Origin: Cyanidioschyzon merolae
Taxonomy: Eukaryota
NCBI GenBank assembly: GCA_000091205.1
Contig: AP006495.2
Direction: 5' to 3' (one strand)
Length of the DNA: 64,000 nt
Shown here: positions 1-9,700 of the stretch, one piece after another
Position numbering within the stretch: the stretch's first letter is position 1
Layout of the letters: each line of letters starts with the position of its first letter
Translations under genes and position numbers: made by a program
Notes under the pieces: model-generated
Seen by the model: only the letters and a program-made list of their open reading frames with translations
Told to the model about the DNA's origin: nothing
Database searches by the model: none

Positions 1-171
1 TCACAACACTTGGGAGCGATGCAAATGTTAGAGCGTACGCTCGGGTTCGCTGCGTCGATCTATACGGTTCCGGTTTCTGACGCTTGTGTAGCGGAATACG
101 ACGTCGGTAGTTGCGGTCGTGGACTGGCGATGCGCCGGCCACAGCCGCATGCGCGCTCATGATGTGACGCA

Positions 172-1191
172 ATGACCTGCTCGTACGTCTTGGACGCCTA
201 CACGCGTTGCCGCGAGACAATGAAAGAGGGAGCACTGGTGGACGGCAGTGAGCACACAGGCTCCAGCTTCACGCCGATCTGGCGGAGAGTGTTCTTCGTG
301 GGCACCGAATGGGACCAGATCGACGAGGTTTACAGGTTTCCGTGGGATTTCAGCCACCTCGACAGGGACGTGGTTCAGTTTCTGCAAGAGCCGTCGGCGT
401 TTCGGTGGTATCTCTTCGGGGCCACTGAACCGCAACTCGTGCACTGGCAGCAACAGGAGACCGTTCTGCCTATTCCGGTAGTCGTCGTCGTCCAAAGTAA
501 AGTGCCGCCGCCGGCACTCGTCGGCATCAAGTCCGTCCAGCGCACAACCGAGCAAGTCGTTCCGATGCGGGCCGTGAAAATGGAGTTCTTTCCACTCGAC
601 GTATCCGAGATGGATGCGCACAACCTAACGCCGTCTAAGAAAAAGCTCGAAACTCAGCAACGCGTGACCGATCGAGTCCAGATTTTGCAGTGCGAACAGC
701 GTCGAAGCAGTTTGCGGGCGCTGTCGGCGGAACGACTCCACCGCTATGACTACGTGCTGCCGTATGCGCTGCGGGCTGAGCTGCAGCAGGACGCCAACAC
801 GGACCTGGTTGTTGATACAACCGTCGACGGTATCGCTGAGATACCTGAGCGCCCCGGACAACCGGTCCTTTTTGAGTTCGACTGGGAGATGGATATTCTC
901 GAGGAATATATAACGGAACTGCTGGAGAGCGAGTCTCTGGCGAATACTGAAGCCAATCGAACAGCGCTGCGGCAAACGATTCAACAAGCTATTCAACAGA
1001 GACAGGCCGCATTGCGAGCGGAGCAGTCAGCGCGGGAACGACGCCTGCAAGCAATGACGCCCGCTGAGCGCGAGTCGTACCAGTCCATGCGTGTTATCAA
1101 GTATTATCCGCAGAATCGAGAGCCCAGTATTCAGGCCCTCAAAACAGCTTTCGTGAATCGTTATTACGGAAAAGCTGACGAGATACGATAA
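172..1191 (+). CDS. Hypothetical eukaryotic protein of 339 aa: Trp-rich N-terminal half, charged coiled-coil C-terminal half ending ...RVIKYYPQN...FVNRYYGKADEIR
   Basis: Real ATG at 172. Long non-repetitive ORF. Composition is protein-like and not low-complexity. The C-terminal basic/acidic coiled coil is typical of nucleolar or spliceosomal accessory proteins. No family recognised with confidence. Confidence 0.55.
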   Translation: MTCSYVLDAYTRCRETMKEGALVDGSEHTGSSFTPIWRRVFFVGTEWDQIDEVYRFPWDFSHLDRDVVQFLQEPSAFRWYLFGATEPQLVHWQQQETVLPIPVVVVVQSKVPPPALVGIKSVQRTTEQVVPMRAVKMEFFPLDVSEMDAHNLTPSKKKLETQQRVTDRVQILQCEQRRSSLRALSAERLHRYDYVLPYALRAELQQDANTDLVVDTTVDGIAEIPERPGQPVLFEFDWEMDILEEYITELLESESLANTEANRTALRQTIQQAIQQRQAALRAEQSARERRLQAMTPAERESYQSMRVIKYYPQNREPSIQALKTAFVNRYYGKADEIR

Positions 1192-1743
1192 CGAGGTTGA
1201 AGCGAGCATGAAGCGTTCTACGAAATCCCGTGGAGTGCGCTTGTCAGAGCCGTACACCAGCTGGCAATGAGCAGGAAGAAAAGCGGCCCGACGCTCGCGC
1301 CCTTATAGGTAAGCAGGCTTGCAAACGCGTCTCCATACCAAACGCATCCCTCGATATGATCCGGAATGGACGCGCGTACCAGTACAGCAGAGGCTTCCCG
1401 TGTCTATCCGGATGATGCGTTCGGCTTGGTGCATGGAAATTCGCCGGATTGATGAAGCATTCGTTCCTTCGCGGAATCTTGTTCTAAAGTCGGTGGAATT
1501 AGAAGCGTTACTGGGGGAGCTCAAGCGTTTTCCCTGTGCTAACCATTCATGCGCGCGCATGCATCCGAAGAAACCTGCTTCAGACCGAGAGAAAAAGAAC
1601 ACGAGGCCGTGCTGGCAGCTGCTGCAAACCGCAGACCGCCTCTGCTGCGGAACGGCAATCGCATACACACACACACACAGACACTGCTCGTGTCTCGTGA
1701 GAATGCTCGACGGGCGCCCAGGCTCCTACGTCGTGGAGCGGCG

Positions 1744-2766
1744 CTAGCTCCGAAGATCCAAGACCTCTGCGCTCTGCTCTATGATAGGAACAAATGCAAG
1801 TACACGATCCGCATCTGTACAATGGTAGGTAGCGCGCCACTGGGTGATGTCCTCGACCGACGTGCAAGCATTTGTCGGGGATACGCCCTCTGAGGCTTTG
1901 CATCCAGGCTCGGCAGCGTCTTCGTCGTCTTCGTTGTCCTTGTCGTCGGGACGGCATTGCATCGCCCCAGTGGACATCGAGGCATGCCAGCCAGATAGAA
2001 TGGCTCGCTGTACGGTTTCCATGCTCGCTTCGCGTCGCTGCACTTGACGAACTAGGACGCTGCTCCCGAATCGGTGAAAGTAGCGCGTATCGTAGATGCG
2101 TACGAGCTTGCGATCGATGCGAAGCCAGAACCGGGCCAACAAGTACCAAAAGGCTTGCCGCATGACCCGAATTCTCACGCTATAACTCGATATCCCCTGG
2201 TCATCGAGTTCATCTTCAAACAGAATTAACTCGGTATAAAATTCCGGCGGTATCTCACGCGACTGCAGCTCGGTTAGGGGCAGCGCTTTGGATACAGGCA
2301 CCGGTCGCCAGCTGCCTATCTGCAAGTGATCCGCCAGCGTACCTGCATAGGTCGTGGTGAAAGTCCAGTCCTTGGCGACCGTCAGCGGGACCCGCGCAAC
2401 GCTCGATACCTGCCGCTGCCAGGCGCTCGCTTCGTGGACTTGGGGCGGCGCTGCGGGTGCCGGCTGCACCTCGCGAAGCGCATCAACAGCGTTGAATCGA
2501 AGGATAGGCTGAAACCCTTCTGCAGCGTCATTACCGCAGTAACGCTCTATATGGATGTTGTTTTGCGTGAAAAGCATGCTAGGCAAGCTATGCAGGTCAC
2601 ACAAGCACGTCCGCTGCAGCAGCGAACGCTCCTCTTCGCCTGCGATGGCACCCCGCGTGACGCGTATCCGCCATTGACAGTGCTGGAAGTCTTGGCTCGA
2701 CGGAGAGGTCGGCAGCAGGTTCGACGCCGCCGGTTGCCTGGTGCCTGGGGTCTCCAAACTGCTCAT
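1744..2766 (-). CDS. TIP41: TIP41-like protein (TOR pathway / PP2A regulator TIPRL family)
   Basis: The track ORF 1744..3039 contains FYTELILFEDELDDQGISSYSVRIRVMRQAFWYLLARFWLRIDRKLVRIYDTRYFH, which aligns with the human TIPRL core [53 protein letters not shown]. Upstream, DFQHCQWRIRVT...LHSLPSMLF...ILRFNAVDALR aligns with DFCFGPWKLTAS..LHMPSLPEMMF..GIEFNATDALR. Start placed at the ATG encoding MSSLETPG. The first 91 aa of the track ORF are low-complexity and probably untranslated. Confidence 0.85.
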   Translation of the reverse strand: MSSLETPGTRQPAASNLLPTSPSSQDFQHCQWRIRVTRGAIAGEEERSLLQRTCLCDLHSLPSMLFTQNNIHIERYCGNDAAEGFQPILRFNAVDALREVQPAPAAPPQVHEASAWQRQVSSVARVPLTVAKDWTFTTTYAGTLADHLQIGSWRPVPVSKALPLTELQSREIPPEFYTELILFEDELDDQGISSYSVRIRVMRQAFWYLLARFWLRIDRKLVRIYDTRYFHRFGSSVLVRQVQRREASMETVQRAILSGWHASMSTGAMQCRPDDKDNEDDEDAAEPGCKASEGVSPTNACTSVEDITQWRATYHCTDADRVLAFVPIIEQSAEVLDLRS

Positions 2767-3106
2767 GTCAGCAGCCGACGCTGCGACGAGCTGCCCTGTA
2801 CCCGGAAGCGCTCCGCTGAGGCCGCTCCGCTGGCCAGCGCTGCCGTTGCCGTGGCCCTGCGGATCCACCGGAGCGGAGCGTTGCCGACGCAGTCGTCGAG
2901 GCTGTCTCGTGTCGGTTGTTGTCGTTACGGGACCGGGGAGTGCTCTAGTCTGTAAGAGGTGTTCGGAGGGCAACAATTGCAATTCTGCAGTAGATCGGGA
3001 ACGGTGCTCAGGGCAGAGCGCAAGAGGGTGCTTTTCCATAGAGGAGCAGTGAACGCCGCAGCCGCAGCTATTCGGCGAGTGGCTGGCAACGCAGTGCTCT
3101 GGGTCT

Positions 3107-3152
3107 CACGTGTGTGTGTGTGTGTGTGTGTGTTTGTGTGTGTGTTTGTGTC
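3107..3152. repeat. (GT)n microsatellite of about 45 bp with two TTT interruptions
   Basis: gtgtgtgtgtgtgtgtgtgtgtgtttgtgtgtgtgtttgtgtccgtg, read directly. Lies in the spacer between the divergent TIP41-like and RlmI-like genes. Confidence 0.9.
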
Positions 3153-3426
3153 CGTGAACGTTGACATTCTTCTTCGCATAATATTACTGCCGTCGCTGCG
3201 TAGTCATTTGCTGGCCAGTGGACAGAGAGTGACGAGTGCTTCGTTTCGTGGCTGTCTACGACAACGTTCTTGTTGCAGTCTGACTGCGTAGCAGCTTACG
3301 TACCGGAATCGTGCTCCGAACTGCACGCTGTGCCGTGGCTTGCTTGTAATGGAATACGAGGACTAGATCTATAGACAGGTTTGCACTGCAGATCAGAAGA
3401 CACTGCGAGTTTCTGAACGCAAGCCT

Positions 3427-3598
3427 ACGACGCACAGCGTACAGCACGCCTTCAAAGAGCAGGTTCATTCGCAGCTGTTTCGAGTTCGACACCCTTCCGT
3501 CACTTCGTAAGACGCACAGCGTACAGCACGCCTTCAAAGAGCAGGTTCATTCGCAGCTGTTTCGAGTTCGACACCCCTCCGTCGCTTCGGACGGGACG
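3427..3598. repeat. Tandem direct duplication of about 88 bp (2 copies, about 95% identical)
   Basis: The unit acgcacagcgtacagcacgccttcaaagagcaggttcattcgcagctgtttcgagttcgacaccc[t/c]tccgtc[a/g]cttcg occurs twice back to back. Both overlapping minus-strand track ORFs (3256..3537 and 3500..3913) show the same peptide NSKQLRMNLLFEGVLYAVR, which reflects the repeat. Confidence 0.85.
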
Positions 3599-3740
3599 TT
3601 GTTGAAGCCTGACCAGCCGCTCACCTCTATTCCTCGAGAGCAAGGCATCTGCCACGGGCGACGCATCGCCGTCCGACACGTGTCTCCAGAGACGGCAGTA
3701 GCGGAGCGCTGCAAGCAGACCTCCGGCACCACGTGTCAGC

Positions 3741-5594
3741 ATGGATGACGAAAGCGGCAGACTGCCGCAGTGCGCTGTCACTTGTACAGCGCTTCGTACG
3801 AGATCATTTTCGACTCGAGCAGTACAAGTCAGTGGTGGCTCTGGGGTTGCTTTTGTCACTGTCCGGCTTTTAGAGAGAATCCCTGGACGACGTACGTTGC
3901 TGGGCTCTCGCACGACGCTCGAGCGTGTCGTGCACGTACATCGTACATGCCCGGAACGTGCGAGGAATCAGTCTGCGCTCTGGATAATGCCTGCTTGCAT
4001 TGCCGCACGTTCTCGCTTCTGCTCGTCAACTCTCCAGTTGCAGTCGCGCAGACAGGTGCCGCTCACGAGACCGGCGTGCAGGTCACTGGCAGGCGGCACT
4101 TTTCGGAAATCATGGATCTGCAGCGTTTCGAATCGGGAATGTGAAAGCCACGGGACTACGAGCGCCCCGAATGTACCCACGGTGTACGTTCGCTCAGAAA
4201 AAGCGCACCTCTTCGCGCGACAAGTGCGGCCACTAATCTTTGGTAGAGCGATTGTAGTGCCTACCACGCGCCCGAACGGGACGTACGAGGCGCTCCAGCC
4301 GCGCACAGATGACCTGGTATGCGTTCGTTTGGCTACCTCTGGCCTAGAAGGGCAGGGAGGCCGCACCGATACGCCGGGTCCGGTCCTTGGCTATGGGTTT
4401 TACAATCCAGACTCCATGTATCGCGTGCGTTTGATCTGGCAGAATCGTTTGGACGGTGATTCCGTGCCGCTCCTGAAGTATCCAGATGGATCGTACCGCG
4501 TGGACCTGTTGCGTGTGCTCACGCGTCTTTTCACTGCAGCCTGGCGACTTCGAGAGAGACTGGGTCTCGTTGGTAGCGCCCATGCTGCGTGTCGTCTAAT
4601 CAACGGCGAGGGCGACCGCGTCAGCGGACTCTGTATTGACCTCTATGCACGGTACCTCGTTGTACAGAGCTCAGCGCGATGGGTCGAGCACCATCGACCC
4701 GTGATCGAGCAGGCGCTGCGCAACGTGACTAAGAATGCATACGAACTCGTGTGGCGGTCAAACTCGGATCGATTACGACAAGACGGTTTCGTGATGAGCG
4801 ACGACCCGAGTCGGGCTACAGCACCCGGGGCAGCGTCTACGATGACGCGCCGGGCATCGAGCACCGCTGCTACCTGGATTACAGAACACGGCCTCATGTA
4901 CGAAGTCGACATCATGCACGGCCAGAAAACAGGGCATTACTGCGACCAACGAGACAATCGACTCTTTATACGCCATCTTGTGCAAGAAGCGAGCATTCAG
5001 CGGGTCTTGGACCTCTGCACCTATACTGGCGGCTTTGCGCTGAACGCAGTGCTCGGCGGTGCGCTGCATGTCACTGCTGTAGACTCATCTGGCCAGGCCC
5101 TGATGCAAGCACATCGCAATGCAGAGCGCAATCAAGTATCATCGAGGCTGATTCTGGACAAGGAGCCGGGTATACCGGGTGAGTCGCCACCGACGCTATG
5201 GCTGGTGCGTGACGACGTGCAGCGTTTTTGTGAGCGCCTTGAATCACATATCGAGCATCACCCAGAGAGCACTCAACGCTACGATCTTGTGGTGCTGGAT
5301 CCGCCCAAACTGGCACCCACAGTGGAGAGCCTGCCCAGGGCTCGCCATCGGTATCGCAAAATGAATGCTGCAGCGTTGCGACTCGTTCGTTCGAGCGGCT
5401 TTCTCTTCACCTGCACGTGCTCTGCATCGATGACGCAAAGCGGTCAGTTCTCGGCGGTGCTCATGGAGGCTGCCCTCGACGCTGGAAGGAGGATAACCAT
5501 CTTGGCAGAGCGCGGTGCTGCTCTGGATCATGTCGTGTCGCCGGCCGCGCCAGAGGGTCGCTACCTCACCGCAATGCTCCTGGCCGTCGAATGA
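3741..5594 (+). CDS. RlmI-like rRNA (cytosine-C5) methyltransferase, PUA domain plus class I SAM-MTase, with a roughly 140 aa N-terminal extension that looks like an organellar presequence
   Basis: Real ATG at 3741. PUA-like segment: LVCVRLATSGLEGQ...PVLGYGFYNPDSMYRVRLI, compare RlmI GYYNPHSQIRVRL. SAM-MTase motifs: VLDLCTYTGGFALNA (motif I), YDLVVLDPPKLAP (motif IV). C-terminal FTCTCSASM...RYLTAMLLAV matches the RlmI/RlmK family. The N-terminal 140 aa are Arg/Ser-rich (MPACIAARSRFCSSTLQLQSRRQVPLTRPACRSLAGG). Confidence 0.8.
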   Translation: MDDESGRLPQCAVTCTALRTRSFSTRAVQVSGGSGVAFVTVRLLERIPGRRTLLGSRTTLERVVHVHRTCPERARNQSALWIMPACIAARSRFCSSTLQLQSRRQVPLTRPACRSLAGGTFRKSWICSVSNRECESHGTTSAPNVPTVYVRSEKAHLFARQVRPLIFGRAIVVPTTRPNGTYEALQPRTDDLVCVRLATSGLEGQGGRTDTPGPVLGYGFYNPDSMYRVRLIWQNRLDGDSVPLLKYPDGSYRVDLLRVLTRLFTAAWRLRERLGLVGSAHAACRLINGEGDRVSGLCIDLYARYLVVQSSARWVEHHRPVIEQALRNVTKNAYELVWRSNSDRLRQDGFVMSDDPSRATAPGAASTMTRRASSTAATWITEHGLMYEVDIMHGQKTGHYCDQRDNRLFIRHLVQEASIQRVLDLCTYTGGFALNAVLGGALHVTAVDSSGQALMQAHRNAERNQVSSRLILDKEPGIPGESPPTLWLVRDDVQRFCERLESHIEHHPESTQRYDLVVLDPPKLAPTVESLPRARHRYRKMNAAALRLVRSSGFLFTCTCSASMTQSGQFSAVLMEAALDAGRRITILAERGAALDHVVSPAAPEGRYLTAMLLAVE

Positions 5595-6772
5595 CGCCGT
5601 CTGGTCATGCTGGGACTTGCTGTGCAGCATTTCGCATCAGAGATAGCAGCAGGATCAGTGGTAGCACCGTTCATGACGAGCATACGCTTACCAGCATTGT
5701 TATGAGCGGAGCCTGGAAAACTCGCCGTCTACGTCTCTCGTTAAAAAGCGTTTGTGGCGTTGCAATGCGCGAGGAGGTGTGCGTAACCTCGAAACATTCC
5801 CGCAAGATGCGGTAAAGACGTTATGCTCGCAACGAGCAGCAGCACAGTGCGCTGCTGGTGCCACAAAAAAAACTCCCCGCAGTGTCTCGTGGAGCAAAAT
5901 TGTAGCATCGACGTCGCCAGTCGCTGGTTACAACGAGTCATTGCAGGACTATCGGCAGCGTGCTACAAAACATACAAGTCAAAGCGAACACGCACCGTAT
6001 CTGACTAGTGCAGAGCACCACGTTCTGGTAGCGCGAGGGAAAACTCTCCAAAAACGTACGTTTCCGTCTTTTCCGATCATGTCTATCACCAACCTTCTCG
6101 AGATATTTGCTGCGGTCGCAACTGCCATAAATTCTGTGCATTGCGCTCGTCGTAACGAAGCGCACTCTGCAATATCGATTCATCGGAACAAAGCTATTGA
6201 TCACCAGTTGCCCAGGGAAACGGTTGCCGGTGTACCTGGACCGCACCCCAGCATCACCGAATTCCTGAAGCGTACCATACCAGCGCCTGGCTCCGAACTC
6301 GAATCCACTGCTCTGTCTCCTGGTCACTGATCTATTTCATCAAAGGTCAGAAACATGTCATTTCCATGCTCACACTGAGTACTCAAAGATTCCATTCAAC
6401 GGTAGCTCGAAACAATGCCAGCTGTTAGTCGAAGCATTCAAGTCACGGTTTAGAAATCGCTTGCGTTCATCGTTGAGCATGGAATCACACGTCATTCCAC
6501 GGCTTTCATGTTCGAGTGCCGGGGATGCACTCCGCTGTTGCACGCCTGCGACAACAAGAAAGACACAAAAATTGAAGGCTCAGCGGATACTAGAGTTCCA
6601 GCATTCATTGCCCTGCGTAGAACGGAAAACGACGAACAGCCGCTGTCCAGCCATCAAGAGCGCTGCTTTGGACTGCGCGACCCGACCGTTCGAACGTACG
6701 CACGAACCATGCAGCAGACTCCACTTGGCGCTGCACTCCGACACCTCTCGGTTGGCTTTCGTCACTAAAGCG

Positions 6773-7402
6773 ATGTTGATTCGCACAACTCCCGTCCAAG
6801 AGACTGGGAACCACCAGCCAAAAACCGAGCCAGCGTCGTTTGCGTTTCCACCTTGGCACCAATACCCGCCACTGTATACGATCCAACCGTGTGCACGCAC
6901 GCGAGAAAGACAGCTTTATTTATGGAGGCGTCTGATTCTGGACTACTGTGAGCACTTTTGGATATTGACCCTGCGTTTGTATGATGCGGAAAGCCCCCAA
7001 ATGCCGTTATTTTGTAACCGTGCGATCCAGCGCCGGCTAAGTCGTTCAGCACTGCAGTGCATCTTCCAGGAACTCGTCTTGAGTGGAGACGCAGCTTGGA
7101 GCAACCCCGAGGAAAAAGAGGAGTTGCTTATTTTCTGGCGATCACCACGACTCTGGGCCGATGAACTGCTCCGCGTCGTGGCCCAGTACGGGCAGAACAA
7201 GGGCGGCGTGTTCACACTGCCAGAGTTAGCGAGCATGCTTGGTGAGCGCTGCTCGCTCGGACGACAGCAGCGCGCACAAGCCCTGCAAACAGCCATACCT
7301 ATCGCTTTTTTGGAGCATATTCTGGAGCTACTCGCAGCACAGGGCAAAGCGCGTGTGTTCAGCACGAATGAGGGACGCGGTGTGAAGTTTGATTTCTCAT
7401 AA
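6773..7402 (+). CDS. VPS25: ESCRT-II subunit Vps25 (EAP20)
   Basis: FPPWHQYPPLYTIQPCARTRERQLYLWRRLILDYC aligns with the human VPS25 N-terminus WPWQYRFPPFFTLQPNVDTRQKQLAAWCSLVLSFC. ...FWRSPRLWADELLRVVAQYGQNKGGVFTLPEL aligns with MWRRPEEWGKLIYQWVSRSGQNNSVFTLYEL. The C-terminal EGRGVKFDFS aligns with DGRGVKFF. The track ORF starts at 6461. Start moved to the ATG at 6773 (MLIRTTPVQ...) just upstream of the conserved domain. Confidence 0.85.
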   Translation: MLIRTTPVQETGNHQPKTEPASFAFPPWHQYPPLYTIQPCARTRERQLYLWRRLILDYCEHFWILTLRLYDAESPQMPLFCNRAIQRRLSRSALQCIFQELVLSGDAAWSNPEEKEELLIFWRSPRLWADELLRVVAQYGQNKGGVFTLPELASMLGERCSLGRQQRAQALQTAIPIAFLEHILELLAAQGKARVFSTNEGRGVKFDFS

Positions 7403-8036
7403 GCGGTCTAGTGCGGTTGCTGCTGCCGCTCCAATGAAAAGGTGGATGCGGAAACAGCCCGAGTCGTACGTGCACTATCACCAATAAGCAGCACCGGATG
7501 TGATTTTATGATGTCCGATCCATGAAGCGCACCGAATTCCCACGGATACGTCATCGATGTCCGTACCGAGGAAGCAGACCTCAATTTCTCAGCGGGCACT
7601 GCACAGCAGGGTGCCAGCTCGCTGTGCAGGCGTGTTCAGCATACACGCTACTCGGGAAGCAGGGTCGAGCCAGCGCGCGTGCTCCCTTTGGCCCAGTCGA
7701 CGTGTTGTGGGAGCACGTGCTGCACGAGGCCGTCGCAACTGCGGACGCACTCACACAGACACACATACGTAAACAACGCCTCGATAAGAAGCCTGCGACG
7801 TTGCCGCCAGCCACTTTTCTCCTTCCACGAATATGCATCGAGTGAGCGCGATGCAGCCTGGCAAATAACGAGCTCGACGTGATGATTCCTGGTGATGTTC
7901 CGCTGATCTCTAACCCCGATGCAACGGTTACCCCGGTAATTGTAGCTTCAGAGCGAGTACCGCCGATGTCTACGCAGACGAATGCAAAGCAGCACAACTT
8001 GAGATCAGCAAGGGACGCGGCGAGCAGCCCTGATGT

Positions 8037-9700
8037 CTAGGCAGTCTGATGCAACGCAGCGGCTGGCTGATTCAAAAAAGAACTGGGTTGGCCGGTGGAA
8101 CTCAGGAGGCGCGACCAGGTTCGATCCCGGATATCCACTCGTTGTTGCTGCCCAGCGACGTCCTGCAGAGGGATCATCGCGTGTCGACCGTTGACAGGTC
8201 CCACAGTGAAGGACGTGAAACCAGCCATAGCGCCGTGGATGGCGCTATGCGCCAGCACTGCACAGTACATCTGATCGCTCGCCGTCGCTGGCACTGCGCG
8301 TACCATGTACGTTGGATCGATGTACTTCATGGAGACTTCAATATTCTCCCGATTGAAATACGCCTGCAACCGTTCTTTCAGGTACAGTCCGATGTCGTTA
8401 AACTTGCGATTTCCACTAGCGTCGATTTCGGTGCTTGCGGCGAGGAGATCCTGGCCGGCGCCTTCCGCCACCACGAGCAGAAAATGGCCATTTTCCTGCA
8501 ATCGTTTTTCCACAAAGGCTGCCAGGCCATTCGGGCCCTCAATCTCAAAGGGCAACTCGGGTATCAAGCAGCAGTCCACATCGCGATTCGCAAGCGAAGC
8601 GTACATCGCGATGAAGCCCGAGTTGCGACCCATGAGGCGTACGATACCGATGCCGTTTGGGAAACAGGTGGCCTCGACGTGCGCCGCATTCAGCGCACGT
8701 TGCGCTTCCTCCACTGCAGTCATGAACCCAAAACTGTGATCAATGACTGGAATATCATTGTCGATTGTTTTGGGAATGCTCGCAACACTCACGCGAAGAC
8801 GCTCACGCATGCACGCCTCCGCTATTGCGGCAGCGCCCCGAATGGTACCGTCGCCTCCGATAATGTACAACTGGTTGAGGCCGTGGCGACGGATCGCACC
8901 GAGGATCTGCTCGAGGTCGAAGCCGCCTCGCGACGATCCCAGGATCGTACCACCCAGTCGATGGATACCGTCCACGGTTCGCGGGGAGAGCTCCAGGTAC
9001 GGGGTGCCATTGTAGAAGCCGCGGTATCCGCCGCGTATTCCGACGATACTGCGTACATCGTACAGGTGCCATAGGCCATCCGTCAGCTCTCGAATAACTG
9101 TATTGATGCCAGGACAGAGGCCGCCGCAGGTTACGATGGCAGCACGAACCTCTTCGGGTCGAAACGCAATCCAGCTTCGTGGACCGGCCCGTAGATAGCG
9201 GGCAAAGTTGCGACGCTTGTCGGGATTAATGACGGTCTGCTTCAAAACAACGTCGTTTGGCGATGTGTCGTAGTTGTCGAGCCCACGGAACGAAACTTTC
9301 GACGTAGCCGGGTTGCATACGCGGGGTATTTGACTTGCCGGCAAAAAGTCCTGCAGTCGTGGTATGGATTTTAAATATCTACCGCTGTCGATATCCGAGA
9401 TAGAGAGGCTTTGGTAGATTTCTGGTGAGAGGATGAAATCCGCGTCGTTTTCGTCGAAAGCTTCCCGTGCGTCCGAGCTACCACCTGGCCTTCCGTGCGT
9501 ACAGCTTATCTGGAAAGCCGAACGCCCTCTTGCTGGTTGTCCGCTCTGCGCAGTGCGACGCTGCAGTCGCACGAAGCCCTGCTTACCGAGTTGCAACGGG
9601 GTGCGCAACTTCCACTGCAACGGTTTTCGACTCGCACCGCAAGTGGAGTTTTGCCCCGATCTACCGAAGAAGCAACTAGGAACAAAGTTTAGTGCGAGCA
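8037..9700 (-). CDS. PFK: ATP-dependent 6-phosphofructokinase, plant-type (PFK_A long clade)
   Basis: [60 protein letters not shown] matches plant PFK [47 protein letters not shown]. Also present are the GGDGT and PKTIDNDI active-site motifs and MGRNSGFIA. The track ORF extends to 9887 with a GTG start. Start placed at the first in-frame ATG near 9700 (MLALNF...), so the exact start is uncertain. Confidence 0.85.

Noticed and set aside
8090-8130. tRNA-like T-arm motif ...accaggttcgatcccgg...
   Set aside because: The flanking bases do not form a 5 bp T-stem. No matching acceptor or anticodon arms could be assembled. It lies inside the well-supported PFK coding region. No tRNA gene could be supported anywhere in the window by eye.
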